Positions 47,161 through 60,035 of a stretch of DNA of 64,000 nucleotides are shown here, in pieces. The notes beneath the pieces were generated by a model, which was not told the DNA's origin, made no database searches, and was given only the letters and a program-made list of their open reading frames with translations. The stretch is from Octopus sinensis (lineage: Eukaryota): NCBI RefSeq assembly GCF_006345805.1, contig NW_021832845.1:7377-71376 (forward strand), given 5' to 3'. Each line of letters opens with the position of its first letter. The first letter of the stretch is position 1. A program made the translations under genes and the position numbers.

Positions 47161-49385
47161 AAACCAAAATTAAATATTTTATTTTTATAACTATTCTTTT
47201 AAAAGGTTATAAGTGAATCGAACACTTATAAAAGGTTTTCAAAACCTATATTTATCCAATATAACCTAATAATCTAATATATATATTCATAATATATCTA
47301 AAATAGGTCGAATTAAAAAACAAGTAAAATATAAAACCCTAAAAATACGACCAATTATTTCATATGGATATTCTACTGGACAACTCCCAATCCATGTTAA
47401 AATAAAAAATACACCAATTAAAAATCAAAAACAAAACTGTCCTAAAAAATTATAACACAAACCTATACATCCTCTAACATGTAAAAATGGACAAATAAAC
47501 AAAACAACAATAGATATTCCTAAACTAACTACTCCCCCTAATTTATTAGGAATTGAACGCAGAATAGCATAAGCAAACAAAAAATATCACTCAGGCTTAA
47601 TATGAATAGGAGTAACTAAAGGATTCGCAGGAATAAAATTCTCAGCATCTCCCAACATATTAGGAAACAATAAGCTCAATTCAACTAATGCAAATAATAT
47701 TACAAGAAACCCTAAAATATCTTTATACGAGGGGCGTTCAATAAGTAATGCCTCTGACCCACTTGCAGTTGTTTAATTTAGCTGAAATTTTGCATGTGCA
47801 ATTATTTATATCTCTATAGATTAAGTGGCAAATTACAGCTCTGAACTAATTGTGGTTTCCGATTTACAGGTGTTTGAACTGAGTCAAGTGTGAAATGGAG
47901 CCTGTTGAGTGTCGAGCAGTGATCCGGTTTTTGTATTTGAAAGGACGCACACCACGGGAGACTTTTGATGAAATGAAAGTAACTTATGGTGATGATGCCC
48001 CATCATATGACCTTGTAAAACGCTGGCATCGTGAATTCAAACATGGTCGGAACTCTGTGGAAACAGCTCCCAGATCTGGTCGCCCCCTTCTGCCATTGAT
48101 GAGGCATCTGTCTGTCAAGTTGAGGCTGCCATTTTGGAAGATCGACGCATAACTATTCGCCAAATAGCCCATGAGGTCAAGATTAGTACCGGGTCTGTGG
48201 AAACTATCATTCATGACCATTTGCTTATGCAAAAGGTGTCTGCCAGATGGATTCCCAGGTTGCTCACACCTTTCCAGAAGCAAGAACGCGTCGATTGCTC
48301 GAGGATGAATTTGGAGATGTGCCAAGAAGATGAGTCAAAATTTTTCAAAAGACTGATTGCATAGGATAAAACCTGGGTCCATCACTATGATCCAGAGACC
48401 AAAGCCCAGTCAATGCAGTGGAAGCACCGTGACTCACCTCCTCCAAAGAAGGCAAGGGTGCAGCCCTCCGCTGGCAAGGTCATGCTTACAGTCTTCTGGG
48501 ACCTGGACGGAGTAGTGAAGACAGATTTCCTGGCAAAGGGTGCCACAATTACAGGAGTCTATTATGCTTCACTTTTGAGGAAATTAAGAGAAGCTATCAA
48601 AATCAAGAGGTGGGGCAAGATCAGCAAAGGCATCCTTCTCCTGCAGGACAACGCTCTGATCCACAACTCGCGTGTCGCCAGATCAGAAGCACAGGCGTGC
48701 GGCTATGAACTGATCCCCCATCCCCCCTACTCTCCTGACCTTGCACCCTCTGATTTTCACCTCTTCCCAGCCATGAAGTTGTTTTTAAAGGAAAGCATTT
48801 CCCAGATGATGCAGCCTTGATTTCTGAAGTCACGTCGTGGTTGGAGGACCAAGCTGGGGTCTTCTACGAAAACGGTCTTCAGAGCTGCATCAAACGATGG
48901 GAGAAATGCGTAACTCTGGGTTGTTCCTATGTAGAAAAAGACTAATAACTGTTCCAAGTTTCGTTGCTCTACTGCTATGGGAAGTGGGTCAGGGGCATTA
49001 CTTATCGAACGCGCCTCGTATCTATGATAATGATGAAAAGGAATTTTATCTAAATCTCTATTTAATCCAAAAGGATTATTTGGACTTCCTTCATACAAAA
49101 ATAAAAAATGTAAAATAACCAACCCCACAATAATAAAAGGAAATAAAAAATGAAAACAAAAAAACCGACTCAAAGTAGCATTATCAACAGAAAATCCTCC
49201 TCAAATTCAATATACTAAAACCTCCCCAATATATGGAACAACAGAAACTAAGTTAGTAAATACCGTAGCCCCCACCCAAAATGATATCTGACCTCAAGGT
49301 CATAACCTACAAATCCAGTTAACACCACCCCAACGGTTCAAGTATAAATACTTATGTATGAACCATAATATAAACCACGACCAAT
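47110..49385 (-). pseudogene. CYTB: NUMT: trnT/trnS2 region and cob (3' part about 47230-47727; middle part 49021-49385)
   Basis: [26 protein letters not shown] (47500-47610), [32 protein letters not shown]. tRNA-like sequence with a ttca (UGA anticodon) loop at about 47165-47230. Confidence 0.92.
47728..49018 (+). mobile_element. Full-length (1291 bp) defective mariner DNA transposon
   Basis: TA|CGAGGGGCGTTCAATAAGTAATGCC ... GGCATTACTTATCGAACGCGCCTCG|TA; transposase motifs WIPRLLT, QDNA and [13 protein letters not shown]; frameshifts and a stop near 48362. Confidence 0.97.
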
Positions 49386-50274
49386 ATGCATATCTCTTTT
49401 ACTCTTTTACTTGTTTCAGTCATTTGACTGCGGCCATGCTGGAGCACCGCTTTTAGTCGAGCAACTCGACCCCGGGACTTATTCTTTGAAAGCCCAGTAC
49501 TTATTCTATCGGTCTCTTTTGCCGAACCGCTAGGTAACGGGGACATAAACACACCAGCATTGGTTGTCCAGCAATGCTAGGGGGACAAACACAGACACAC
49601 AAACACACACATATACATATATATATAGACATATATACAACAGGCTTCTTTCAGTTTCCGTCTACCAAATCCACTCACAAGGCGTTGAGTGATGCATAGT
49701 TTTAATAGCAGACACTTGGGGTCGATTTGCTCAACTAAAGGTGGTGCTCCAGCATGGCCACAGTGAAATGACTAGAACAAGTAAAAGAGTAACTTCTAAT
49801 GAAGTTTTAAACAAACACCTTTCAAATGACATAGATTATGATTACAAAAAATTTGTGGGGAAAATTTTTCCTGAGTGGGTGGAAAGAGGAGTTTCGGATG
49901 AAGAAGACCAAATAAGTTGGAACTAATCTCCATATACCCTGAGTCCACAGCATCCAAGTGGTATTTGTTGAAAATTTCATTAAAAAGTATCCAATTTCCT
50001 GGAAGTTATGAGGCAACAAAGTCGGTGGGGTACACATCTATAGTTACGGCTTTTTTAAACATTATTTTTTAAAAAGCTTTTATAGAGAAACAACATCGGT
50101 GAGGATTGTCCATTGTTAGGTCTAAATTATATTACAGACTTTTAACATGCTACATCCATATCATTTAATTAAAAATAATTTTCATTAATTACATAGATGC
50201 AATGGTTGGCCCGAGGCTATAGTTGAAAACTCTTCCCCAAAGTAGTTCTGAGCATGAAATCATGTGGTTGGGAA

Positions 50275-50465
50275 GCTTGCTAAATAATATTTGGGATACC
50301 TCTGTCGCAACTAAGTATTGATGCAGATGCCTTATCTACGATTCCTTATGACGATCCGATCAATGATTTTGCAATTCAAAAAAGTAGGAGAAAGTTTTAT
50401 TTGAATTACATAATCTTTTAAGGAGACACCAAATTCTTTTAAGTGCTTAGGGCCTCGATGGCCCT
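50275..50465 (+). mobile_element. hAT transposase C-terminal (dimerisation) fragment
   Basis: LSIDADALSTIPYDDPINDFAIQKSRRKF resembles the hAT tail LSIE....IDFDDIINDFA.KK.R. Confidence 0.65.
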
Positions 50466-50674
50466 GCCCAACGTGGAATTTAAAAAGACTTACCCGAGAA
50501 CAAGTATTGCAGTAACGTCAATGGTGCCTCTGCTGACAAATTCTTCACCAATGAAATTCAACCACGGCAGCTTCTATTAACTTCTTGGCTGTGTGTCAGT
50601 GTCAGTTCTTGTCCGTGTCTCTGTGTGCTTGTTCTTATCTGTGTGTGTCTGTTCTGTTTTTAAGTATTTATGCA

Positions 50675-50995
50675 AAGCTTTGGTACTACTAGCGACAGTG
50701 GTTCCGGGTGCGCATGCATGCATCTGCGCCAGCTAGTGGTCAGTAGTCAATCCTACAACAACTTTTTAACCCTAACCCTAACCCTAACCTTAGTTGGTTT
50801 ATAAAGATAATTTATTTACTTAGTTTACAAAATTATTTACTTTGCGTTTTATTTACTTTGTTTGAAAAATATTATTTAATTTTCTTTGATATGGATTCAG
50901 CCTTGAGATACAAACACAAGCGGAAGTCATTGTAGGATCGACTACTTACGACTAACTAGTGCACCGGCACCACTGTTCGCTAGTAGTACCCAAGA
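50675..50995. mobile_element. TIR element with an internal (TAACCC)4 telomere-type tract (50767-50790)
   Basis: gtactactagcga-cagtggt...gtcaatcctacaa versus ttgtaggatcgac...accactgttcgctagtagtac; long imperfect TIRs. Confidence 0.7.
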
Positions 50996-51217
50996 CTTTT
51001 TGGTTAAACTAAAGCGTTTGACCCGGTCATAAAAAAAAAAAGTTTCGCCTTTAGTCGAGCGACTCGACCCCGGGACTTATTCTTTGTAAGCCTAGTACTT
51101 ATTCTATCGGTCTCTTTTGCCGAACCGCTAAGTGACGGGTACATAAACACACCAGCATTGGTTGTCAAGCAATGCTAGGGGGACAAACACAGACACACAT
51201 ACACATACACGCATATA

Positions 51218-51558
51218 TCATCATCATCATCATCATTTAGCGTCCGCTTTCCATGCTAACATGGGTTGGACGGTTCAACTGGGGTCTGTGAAGCTGGAAG
51301 GCTTCGTCAGGCCCAGTCAGATCTGGCAGTGTTTCTACGGCTGGATGCCCTTCCTAACGCCAACCACTCCGTGAGTGTAGTGGGTGCTTTTTACGTGCCA
51401 CCTGCACAGGTGCCAGACAGAGCTGGCAAACGGCCACGAACGGACAGTGCTTTGAGGAAGCACCTGATGGGCCTAGGGCTTTCCCTGTTTTCATGCTTGT
51501 AATTGCCTTATCTACTAAGGAACTGTCAACTTGGATTGCTGGTCCCTCTGTTGGGTCA

Positions 51559-51560
<2 letters not shown>
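51218..51560 (-). mobile_element. RTE 3'UTR copy joined to a short RT-region fragment
   Basis: (CAT)n tail plus UTR; minus ORF IDPTEGPAIQVDSSLVDKAITSMKTGKALGPSG. Confidence 0.75.
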
Positions 51561-51592
<32 letters not shown>

Positions 51593-51870
51593 TATATACA
51601 TATACATATATACGACGGGCTTCTTTCAGTTTCCGTCTGCCAAATCCACTCACAAGGCTTTGGTCGGCTTGAGGCTATAGTAGAAGACACTTGCCCAAGG
51701 TGCCACGCAGTGGGACTGAACCCGGAACCATGTTATGTTTATTTCATGGAATGTTGACCTCGTACTTTTGAGTTTGGCCTCTGGCTTCATCATGTGTACA
51801 GTCTTGAACAGCCAGAGGCTGTTCAGCTTTCATATAATGAGTATCTATCAATCTAACTAATTATATATAT

Positions 51871-51910
51871 ATAAACCTGAAGATTGTCGATCAAGACAAG
51901 AAACGATTGT
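51871..51910 (+). ncRNA. Hammerhead-like core (partial), probably Penelope-derived
   Basis: CUGAAGA-UUGUC-gaucaa-GACAA-GAAAC. Stem I and the cleavage triplet are not convincingly recoverable. Confidence 0.4.
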
Positions 51911-52329
51911 AGTGGCGTTTTTTTTTACTATTTATTAAAATTTTATGTATTGATTAAGTCTTTCCTTGTTTGTTTTGCAAAATAGTGGTTTTGTCTCTAA
52001 TAATATTTTATATATATATATATATACACACACACATATATATCCATTTGTTTATCTATGTATCTATTCTCCTATCTATCAATATATATATGTGTGTGTG
52101 TGCGTGTGTATATATCTATTTATACATATATATACACATACATATTTCCTATCAATATATATATGTATATATATATATATGTATATACACACACACACAC
52201 AAGTAGCTAGATAGATAGATATACAGACAGACAGACATACACATCACCATTGCTCACTAATGCAGTAAAGTGTATGTATGTATACAATATATATTGTGTG
52301 TGTATATATATATATGTGTGTGTGTATAC

Positions 52330-52663
52330 AATATATACTATATATATATATATATATATAAACATATACATATACACACACACACACACTTATATATATG
52401 CATGTGTGTGTGTGTTAAGGTGACATAGATATACTCCACAGGATATATAATAATTAGTTTTAGAGAGATATTTCTAATGAAAAGTGCTCAACACCTGTTC
52501 ATCTGAATTATGAATTATCTGGGGCTATGCCATAAGTCTTAACAGTGAAAGGGGAAACTGAAAGAGTAAGGTAACAATGTCCCCATACTAAGCATAATGG
52601 CAATGAGAACAGTTATATATGTGTGTGTGTGCATATATATATATATATATATATTTATATATG

Positions 52664-52696
<33 letters not shown>

Positions 52697-52813
52697 GTAT
52701 ATATATATATGTGTATATATATATATTATATATATATATGTATATATATATATGTATATATATATATGTATAATATATATATATATATATATATATATGT
52801 TATATATATATAG

Positions 52814-52849
<36 letters not shown>

Positions 52850-52881
52850 GTATGTATATATATATATATAATATATATAGT

Positions 52882-52922
<41 letters not shown>

Positions 52923-53103
52923 TATGTATGTATATATATATGTATGTATTATATATATATATGTATATATAATATATATATGTATATATATGTATATATG
53001 TATGTATATATATATGTATATATATGTATGTATATATATGTATATATATATATGTATATATATATGTATATATATATATATATCTATGTATATATATATA
53101 TGT
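52330..53103. repeat. Long (TA)n/(TATG)n compound microsatellite
   Basis: Direct inspection. Confidence 0.95.
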
Positions 53104-53104
53104 A

Positions 53105-53950
53105 CTAGCAGAATTGCCCGGCGTTGCTCGGGGCTGAATTGCTTGAAAGTACTGTTAATGATTGCACTGAATTATGATGATTATTCAGGCAAATATTGAA
53201 ATAAGCTTACGGTGGGAGATAAGGACTTAACGATCAAACGTGTGCCATTGCATTGTTTTGGGGGAACCAAATTTCTGATGAGCATTATAGGGGCACTAAC
53301 TTTAAGTTTGAGAAAGTGTGGTGGTAGTCCGGGGTGCTCAAAGGAATTAAGTACCTCTATTGGATAGTTGATGACGTCCTCTGGGTCAGGAGTTGTATCG
53401 ATAGACTGATATACATCGACTTCCCTAGGAATGAGTTTTAGCATTTCATCATTAATATGGTGAACAGTTTTATTCCTCGGGGCCAGTATAGCCTTTTTGC
53501 CAATCCAATCCATAGTCTGATAATTAGCTTGTAAATCTGGGAACACTGCATCTCTGAGATCAGAAGGCGTCTTAACAATGGTACAAATGGAATCGATGGC
53601 AATATTACCATTTTCATCCCCTGGTATTTTGCCTTCGCCAAGTGCAAGGAGAGTGTGAGGAAATGCTGGTGATGTGATATTACGTCGCATATGAGCACGC
53701 ATATTGGTGTGAAGTTTGAGAGTTACTTCCGTTTATTTTAAAAAATATGCATTAAAATGGAAAAAAATGATGGTAAATTATTTGTAAAATCATAGACTCA
53801 TCGTAGACGCGCGCTAATACCCAGAAGGGCTCGATATGAATCACGACTATAAGATACCCGGTTTTGGTTAAACTGCATCGCAAAATGTGGGAGTAGTTAG
53901 GAATCTAAATCGGAGTAGACAGACACACAACCTTTCTTTTATATATAAAT
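53105..53950 (-). mobile_element. Internally deleted Helitron retaining a PIF1-like helicase fragment (53181-53702)
   Basis: AILAPRNKTVHHIN...YPIEVLNS..PGLPPHFLKLKVSAPIMLIRNL...CNGTRLIV is a PIF1 signature. 3' hairpin plus CTAG at 53105; the 5' 210 bp is shared with the array Helitron. Confidence 0.92.
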
Positions 53951-54713
53951 ACATACATACACACACACATACATACATACACACACACACACACATGCAT
54001 ACATACATATACACATAAACCGAATAAAAAATTTCAGTTATCTCTCTCTTTCACACATTACTCTCTCTGTCTCTTCACACACATTAGCAGAAGCACTTCA
54101 CTTACACAACATAGTGTCTGTCTCCCACACTCCATCAAACACACACACACACACACATGTACATCAATGAGTCCCATGCACGGTAACTTGAAAGGAACTT
54201 CCCTCGTCATACAATCGCTTTCTCTTAGTCTCTTTCGCTCTCATTACTTATGTAAAAAAATAAAAGTTTTTTCTATGTGTGTAAAGAGGAAGTGGAAGCA
54301 GAGTGAAAGAATCACTCACTACAGTAAGTCAATTACTTTCGTTTTATTCCTTGCCCACTGTGTGTGTGCGTTTGCGTGTGGTGTAAACCAGACTAAGAAA
54401 AGCATTTGACACACACACCAGAATGTGAGTTTTCTGTAAATTTTGCTTAACTGGAGTTTAAATTTTAAAAACTGGACCTGGCATGACGCGATGCATTGTA
54501 CTCTTAAAACTGCTAGGTAAATTGTAATTGAAGAAATCCTATATTGTAGATTTGTATAACTCCCAAAGGGAGGCAGATAAAATCTGCCTTTTATAATAAG
54601 AGATATATGTATATATATATATATATGTATATCTATATGTATATATATATGTATATATATATATATATCTATATGTATATATATATATATGTATAATATA
54701 TATATGTATATAT

Positions 54714-54761
<48 letters not shown>

Positions 54762-55324
54762 TATATATATACTAGCAGTATCGCCCGGCGTTGCTCGGGT
54801 TTGTAAGGGAAATAATTATATAAGCATTTTTAGAGATGTTAAGTATAATAGCCATCTCAATATGGCTAACCACAAGGGGGAGGGGTGTTACTGTAGCTTT
54901 TTACGTTCTGAGATTTAATAATAAATTTTAGAGAGTTACTTCCCTTATATATGTCAAAAATGGATTAAAAATGGGAAAAATTGATGGTAAATTTTTTTTT
55001 AAATCGTAGACTCATCGTAGACGCGCGCTAATACCCAGACGGTCTCGATATGAATCACGACTATAAGATACCCGCTTTTAGTTAAACTGCACCGCAAAAT
55101 GTGGGAGTAGTTAGGAATCTAAATCGTAGGAGACAGACACACAACCTCACTTTTATATATAAAGATTTCCTCTATTTGCTTAATATTGAGGTCTCTTTCT
55201 TTCTTTTGTTATCTTACTGTTTTTAACAATATACATATATATATATATAAATATATATATAGTTACAGAGATGTACTTGCATAGCAAGTGACTTGATCTG
55301 AGATCGTGTGCTGGAACGAAAACA

Positions 55325-55585
55325 GTTGCAGCGTTGAAGGTGTTTATAAGCCATTTAAGAAACACACAAAAACCGTTAGATTCACTTCAACATTTAAATT
55401 TAATTTGTCAAAATATTTTCGTCACTTTGGGACCGCGACCTGTTAGCACGATATTTTTGTCAGTGAACAGGTCGCGGTCTGAAAGCGACGAAAATATTTT
55501 GGCAAATGAAATTTAAATGTTGAAGTGAATGTAACGGTTTTTGTTTGTGTGTTTCTTAAATGGCTTACAAACACCTTCCACGCTG
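55325..55585. repeat. About 260-bp foldback element in every array unit (also about 57095-57345, 58855-59100, 60610-60860, 62350-62600)
   Basis: gaaggtgtttataagccatttaagaaacacac...gaccgcgacctgtt / aacaggtcgcggtc...gtttcttaaatggcttacaaacaccttc. Confidence 0.85.
55456..55506 (+). ncRNA. Minimal type I hammerhead-like fold with G3/C8 core swap; identical motif at 57220-57270, 58978-59028, 60736-60786 and 62473-62523
   Basis: UUUGUCA-GUGAACA-g-GUCGC-ggucugaaa-GCGAC-GAAA-AUAU-UU-UGGCAAA. 7-bp stem I (one G-U), 5-bp stem II, palindromic AAUAUU stem III. Confidence 0.5.
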
Positions 55586-55911
55586 CAATATATATATACA
55601 CACATATATATATATATGTATGTATGCATGTATGTGTGTGTGTGTGCGTGTCTGTGCTTGTGATTGTCCTCCACCACTGCTTGACAACGAATGTTGGTTT
55701 GTTTACACCCCTGTCACCTAGTGGTTTGACAAAGGAAACAGATAGAATAAGTACAATGCTTACAAAAATAAAACTGGAGTTGATTCATTAAACTACAATT
55801 CTTCAAGGCATTGCCCCAGCATGGCCACAGACCAATGGCTGGAAAAAGCAGAAGAATAAAAGAATACATTCTCTGCTTTGGTCATATGTTCACCCTCACA
55901 CACACACACAT

Positions 55912-55945
<34 letters not shown>

Positions 55946-56321
55946 GCACGTTAGCTTACAATTTTATTTATATATTTGCTTGTCTATGTGTTGGAAGAGG
56001 AAGTGGGAGGCAGAGTGAAAGAATCACTCACTACAGTAAGTGAATTACTTTCGTTTTATTCCTTGCCCACTGTGTGTGTGCGTTTGCGTGTGGTGTAAAC
56101 CAGACTAAGAAAAGCATTTGACACACACACCAGAATGTGAGATTTCTGTAAATTTTGCTTAACTGGAGTTTAAATTATAAAAACTGGACCTGGCATGACG
56201 CGATGCATTGTACTCTTAAAATTGCTAGGTAAATTGTAATTGAAGAAATCCAATATTGTAGATTTGTATAACTCCCAAAGGGAGGCAGATAAAATCTGCC
56301 TTTTATAATAAGAGATATATG

Positions 56322-56352
<31 letters not shown>

Positions 56353-56469
56353 GTATATGTATATGTATGTATATGTATATATATATATATGTATATATAT
56401 AATATATATATATATATGTATATGTATACATGTATATATATACATGTATATATGTATACATGTATATAT

Positions 56470-56533
<64 letters not shown>

Positions 56534-57366
56534 TAGCAGTATCGCCCGGCGTTGCTCGGGTGTGTAAGGGAAATAATTATATAAGCATTTTTAGAGATGT
56601 TAAGTATAATAGCCATCTCAATATGGCTAACCACAAAGGGGGAGGGGTGTTGCTGTAGCTTTTTACGTTCTGAGATTTAATAATAAATTTTAGAGAGTTA
56701 CTTCCCTTATATATGTCAAAAATGGATTAAAAATGGGAAAAATTGATGGTAAATTTTTTTTTAAATCGTAGACTCATCGTAGACGCGCGCTAATACCCAG
56801 ACGGTCTCGATATGAATCACGACTATAAGATACCCGCTTTTAGTTAAACTGCACCGCAAAATGTGGGAGTAGTTAGGAATCTAAATCGTAGGAGACAGAC
56901 ACACAACCTCACTTTTATATATAAAGATTTCCTCTATTTACTTAATATTGAGGTCTCTTTCTTTCTTTTGTTATCTTACTGTTTTTACCAATATACATAT
57001 ATATATATATATAAATATATATATAGTTACAGAGATGTACTTGCATAGCAAGTGACTTGATCTGAGATCGTGTGCTGGAACGAAAACAGTTGCAGCGTTG
57101 AAGGTGTTTATAAGCCATTTAAGAAACACACAAAAAGCGTTAGATTCACTTCAACATTTAAATTTAATTTGTCAAAATATTTTCGTCACTTTGAGACCGC
57201 GACCTGTTAGCACAATATTTTTGTCAGTGAACAGGTCGCGGTCTGAAAGCGACGAAAATATTTTGGCAAATTAAATTTAAATGTTGAAGTGAATGTAACG
57301 GTTTTTGTGTGTTTCTTAAATGGCTTACAAACACCTTCCACGCTGCAATATATATATACACACATA

Positions 57367-57402
<36 letters not shown>

Positions 57403-58250
57403 TGTGTGTATATGTGTATGCATGTATGTGTGTGTGTGCGTGTCTGTGCTTGTGATTGTCCTCCACCACTGCTTGACAACGAATGTTGGTTTGTTTACAC
57501 CCCTGTCACCTAGTGGTTTGACAAAGGAAACGGATAGAATAAGCACAATGCTTACAAAAATAAAACTGGAGTTGATTCATTAAACTACAATTCTTCAAGG
57601 CATTGCCCCAGCATGGCCACAGACCAATGGCTGGAAAAAGCAGAAGAATAAAAGAATACATTCTCTGCTTTGGTCTTATGTTCACCCTCACACACACACA
57701 CACACGCGCACACACACACACACTCACACACACGCACGTTAGCTTACAATTTTATTTATATATTTGCTTGTCTATGTGTTGAAAGAGGAAGTGGGAGGCA
57801 GAGTGAAAGAATGACTCACTACAGTAAGTGAATTACTTTCATTTTATTCGTTGCTCACTCTGTGTGTGTGTTTGCGTGTGGTGTAAACCAGACTAAGAAA
57901 AGCATTTGACACACACACCAGAATGTGAGATTTCTGTAAATTTTGCTTAACTGGAGTTTAAGTTTTAAAAACTGTACCTGGCATGACGCGATGCATTGTA
58001 CTCTTAAAACTGCTAGGTAAATTGTAATTGAAGAAATCCTATATTGTAGATTTGTATAACTCCCAAAGGGAGGCAGATAGTATCTGCCTTTTATAATAAG
58101 AGATATATGTATATATATATATATATGTATATATATATGTATATATATATATATATGTATATACATATATATATGTACATATATATGTATATATATATAT
58201 GTATATATATATATGTATATATATACATGTATATATATACATGTATATAA

Positions 58251-58294
<44 letters not shown>

Positions 58295-59993
58295 TAGCAG
58301 TATCGCCCGGCGTTGCTCGTGTTTGTAAGGGAAATAATTATATAAGCATTTTTAGAGATGTAAAGTATAATTGCCATCTCAATATGGCTAACCACAAAGG
58401 GGGAGGGGTGTACTGTAGCTTTTACGTTCTGTGATTTAAATAAATTTTAGAGAGTTACTTCCCTTATATATGTCAAAAATGGATTAAAAATGGGAAAAAT
58501 TGATGGTAAATTTTTTTTTAAATCGTAGACTCATCGTAGACGCGCGCTAATACCCAGACGGTCTCGATATGAATCACGACTATAAGATACCCGCTTTTAG
58601 TTAAACTGCACCGCAAAATGTGGGAGTAGTTAGGAATCTAAATCGTAGGAGACAGACACACAACCTCACTTTTATATATAAAGATTTCCTCTATTTACTT
58701 AATATTGAGGTCTCTTTCTTTCTTTTGTTATCTTACTGTTTTTACCAATATACATATATATATATATATATAATATATATATAGTTACAGAGATGTACTT
58801 GCATAGCAAGTGACTTGATCTGAGATCGTGTGCTGGAACGAAAACAGTTGCAGCGTTGAAGGTGTTTATAAGCCATTTAAGAAACACACAAAAAGCGTTA
58901 GATTCACTTCAACATTTAAATTTAATTTGTCAAAATATTTTCGTCACTTTGAGACCGCGACCTGTTAGCACGATATTTTTGTCAGTGAACAGGTCGCGGT
59001 CTGAAAGCGACGAAAATATTTTGGCAAATTAAATTTAAATGTTGAAGTGAATGTAACGGTTTTTTGGTGTTTCTTAAATGGCTTACAAACACCTTCCACG
59101 CTGCAATATATATATACACACATATATATATTGTATGTATGTATGTATGTATGTGTGTATATGTGTATGCATGTATGTGTGTGTGTGCGTGTCTGTGCTT
59201 GTGATTGTCCTCCACCACTGCTTGACAACGAATGTTGTTTTGTTTACACCCCTGTCACCTAGTGGTTTGACAAAGGAAACATAGAATTAGCACAATGCTT
59301 ACAAAAATAAAACTGGAGTTGATTCATTAAACTACAATTCTTCAAGGCATTGCCCCAGCATGGCCACAGACCAATGGCTGGAAAAAGCAGAAGAATAAAA
59401 GAATACATTCTCTGCTTTGGTCTTATGTTCACCCTCACACACACACACATGCGCACACACACACACACACACACTCACACACACGCACGTTAGCTTACAA
59501 TTTTATTTATATATTTGCTTGTCTATGTGTTGAAAGAGGAAGTGGGAGGCAGAGTGAAAGAATGACTCACTACAGTAAGTGAATTACTTTCATTTTATTC
59601 GTTGCCCACTGTGTGTGTGTGTTTGCGTGTGGTGTAAACCAGACTAAGAAAAGCATTTGACACACACACCAGAATGTGAGATTTCTGTAAATTTTGCTTA
59701 ACTGGAGTTTAAGTTTTAAAAACTGGACCTGGCATGACGCGATGCATTGTACTCTTAAAACTGCTAGGTAAATTGTAATTGAAGAAATCCTATATTGTAG
59801 ATTTGTATAACTCCCAAGGGAGGCAGATAGAATCTGCCTTTTATAATAAGAGATATATGTATATATATATATATGTATATATATATGTATATATATATAT
59901 ATATGTATATACATATATATATGTACATATATATGTATATATATATATGTATATATATATGTATATATAACATATATATATACATGTATATAA

Positions 59994-60035
<42 letters not shown>

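Noticed and set aside
48757-49173. 138-aa minus-strand ORF starting with a cob-like peptide
   Set aside because: Chance fusion of cob NUMT sequence with the antisense strand of the mariner end.
37882-49385. True mitochondrial contig or functional mt genes
   Set aside because: Interrupted by nuclear TEs, frameshifted and flanked by nuclear repeats, so this is a NUMT.
49800-50200. Possible mariner C-terminal fragment
   Set aside because: Better explained as a reverse-oriented relative of the non-coding repeat at about 37000-37660.
50494-50580. Strong minus-strand GTAAGT donor with an upstream open stretch
   Set aside because: No good acceptor or start, flanked by TE fragments, and no homology recognised. 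Too weak to call an exon.
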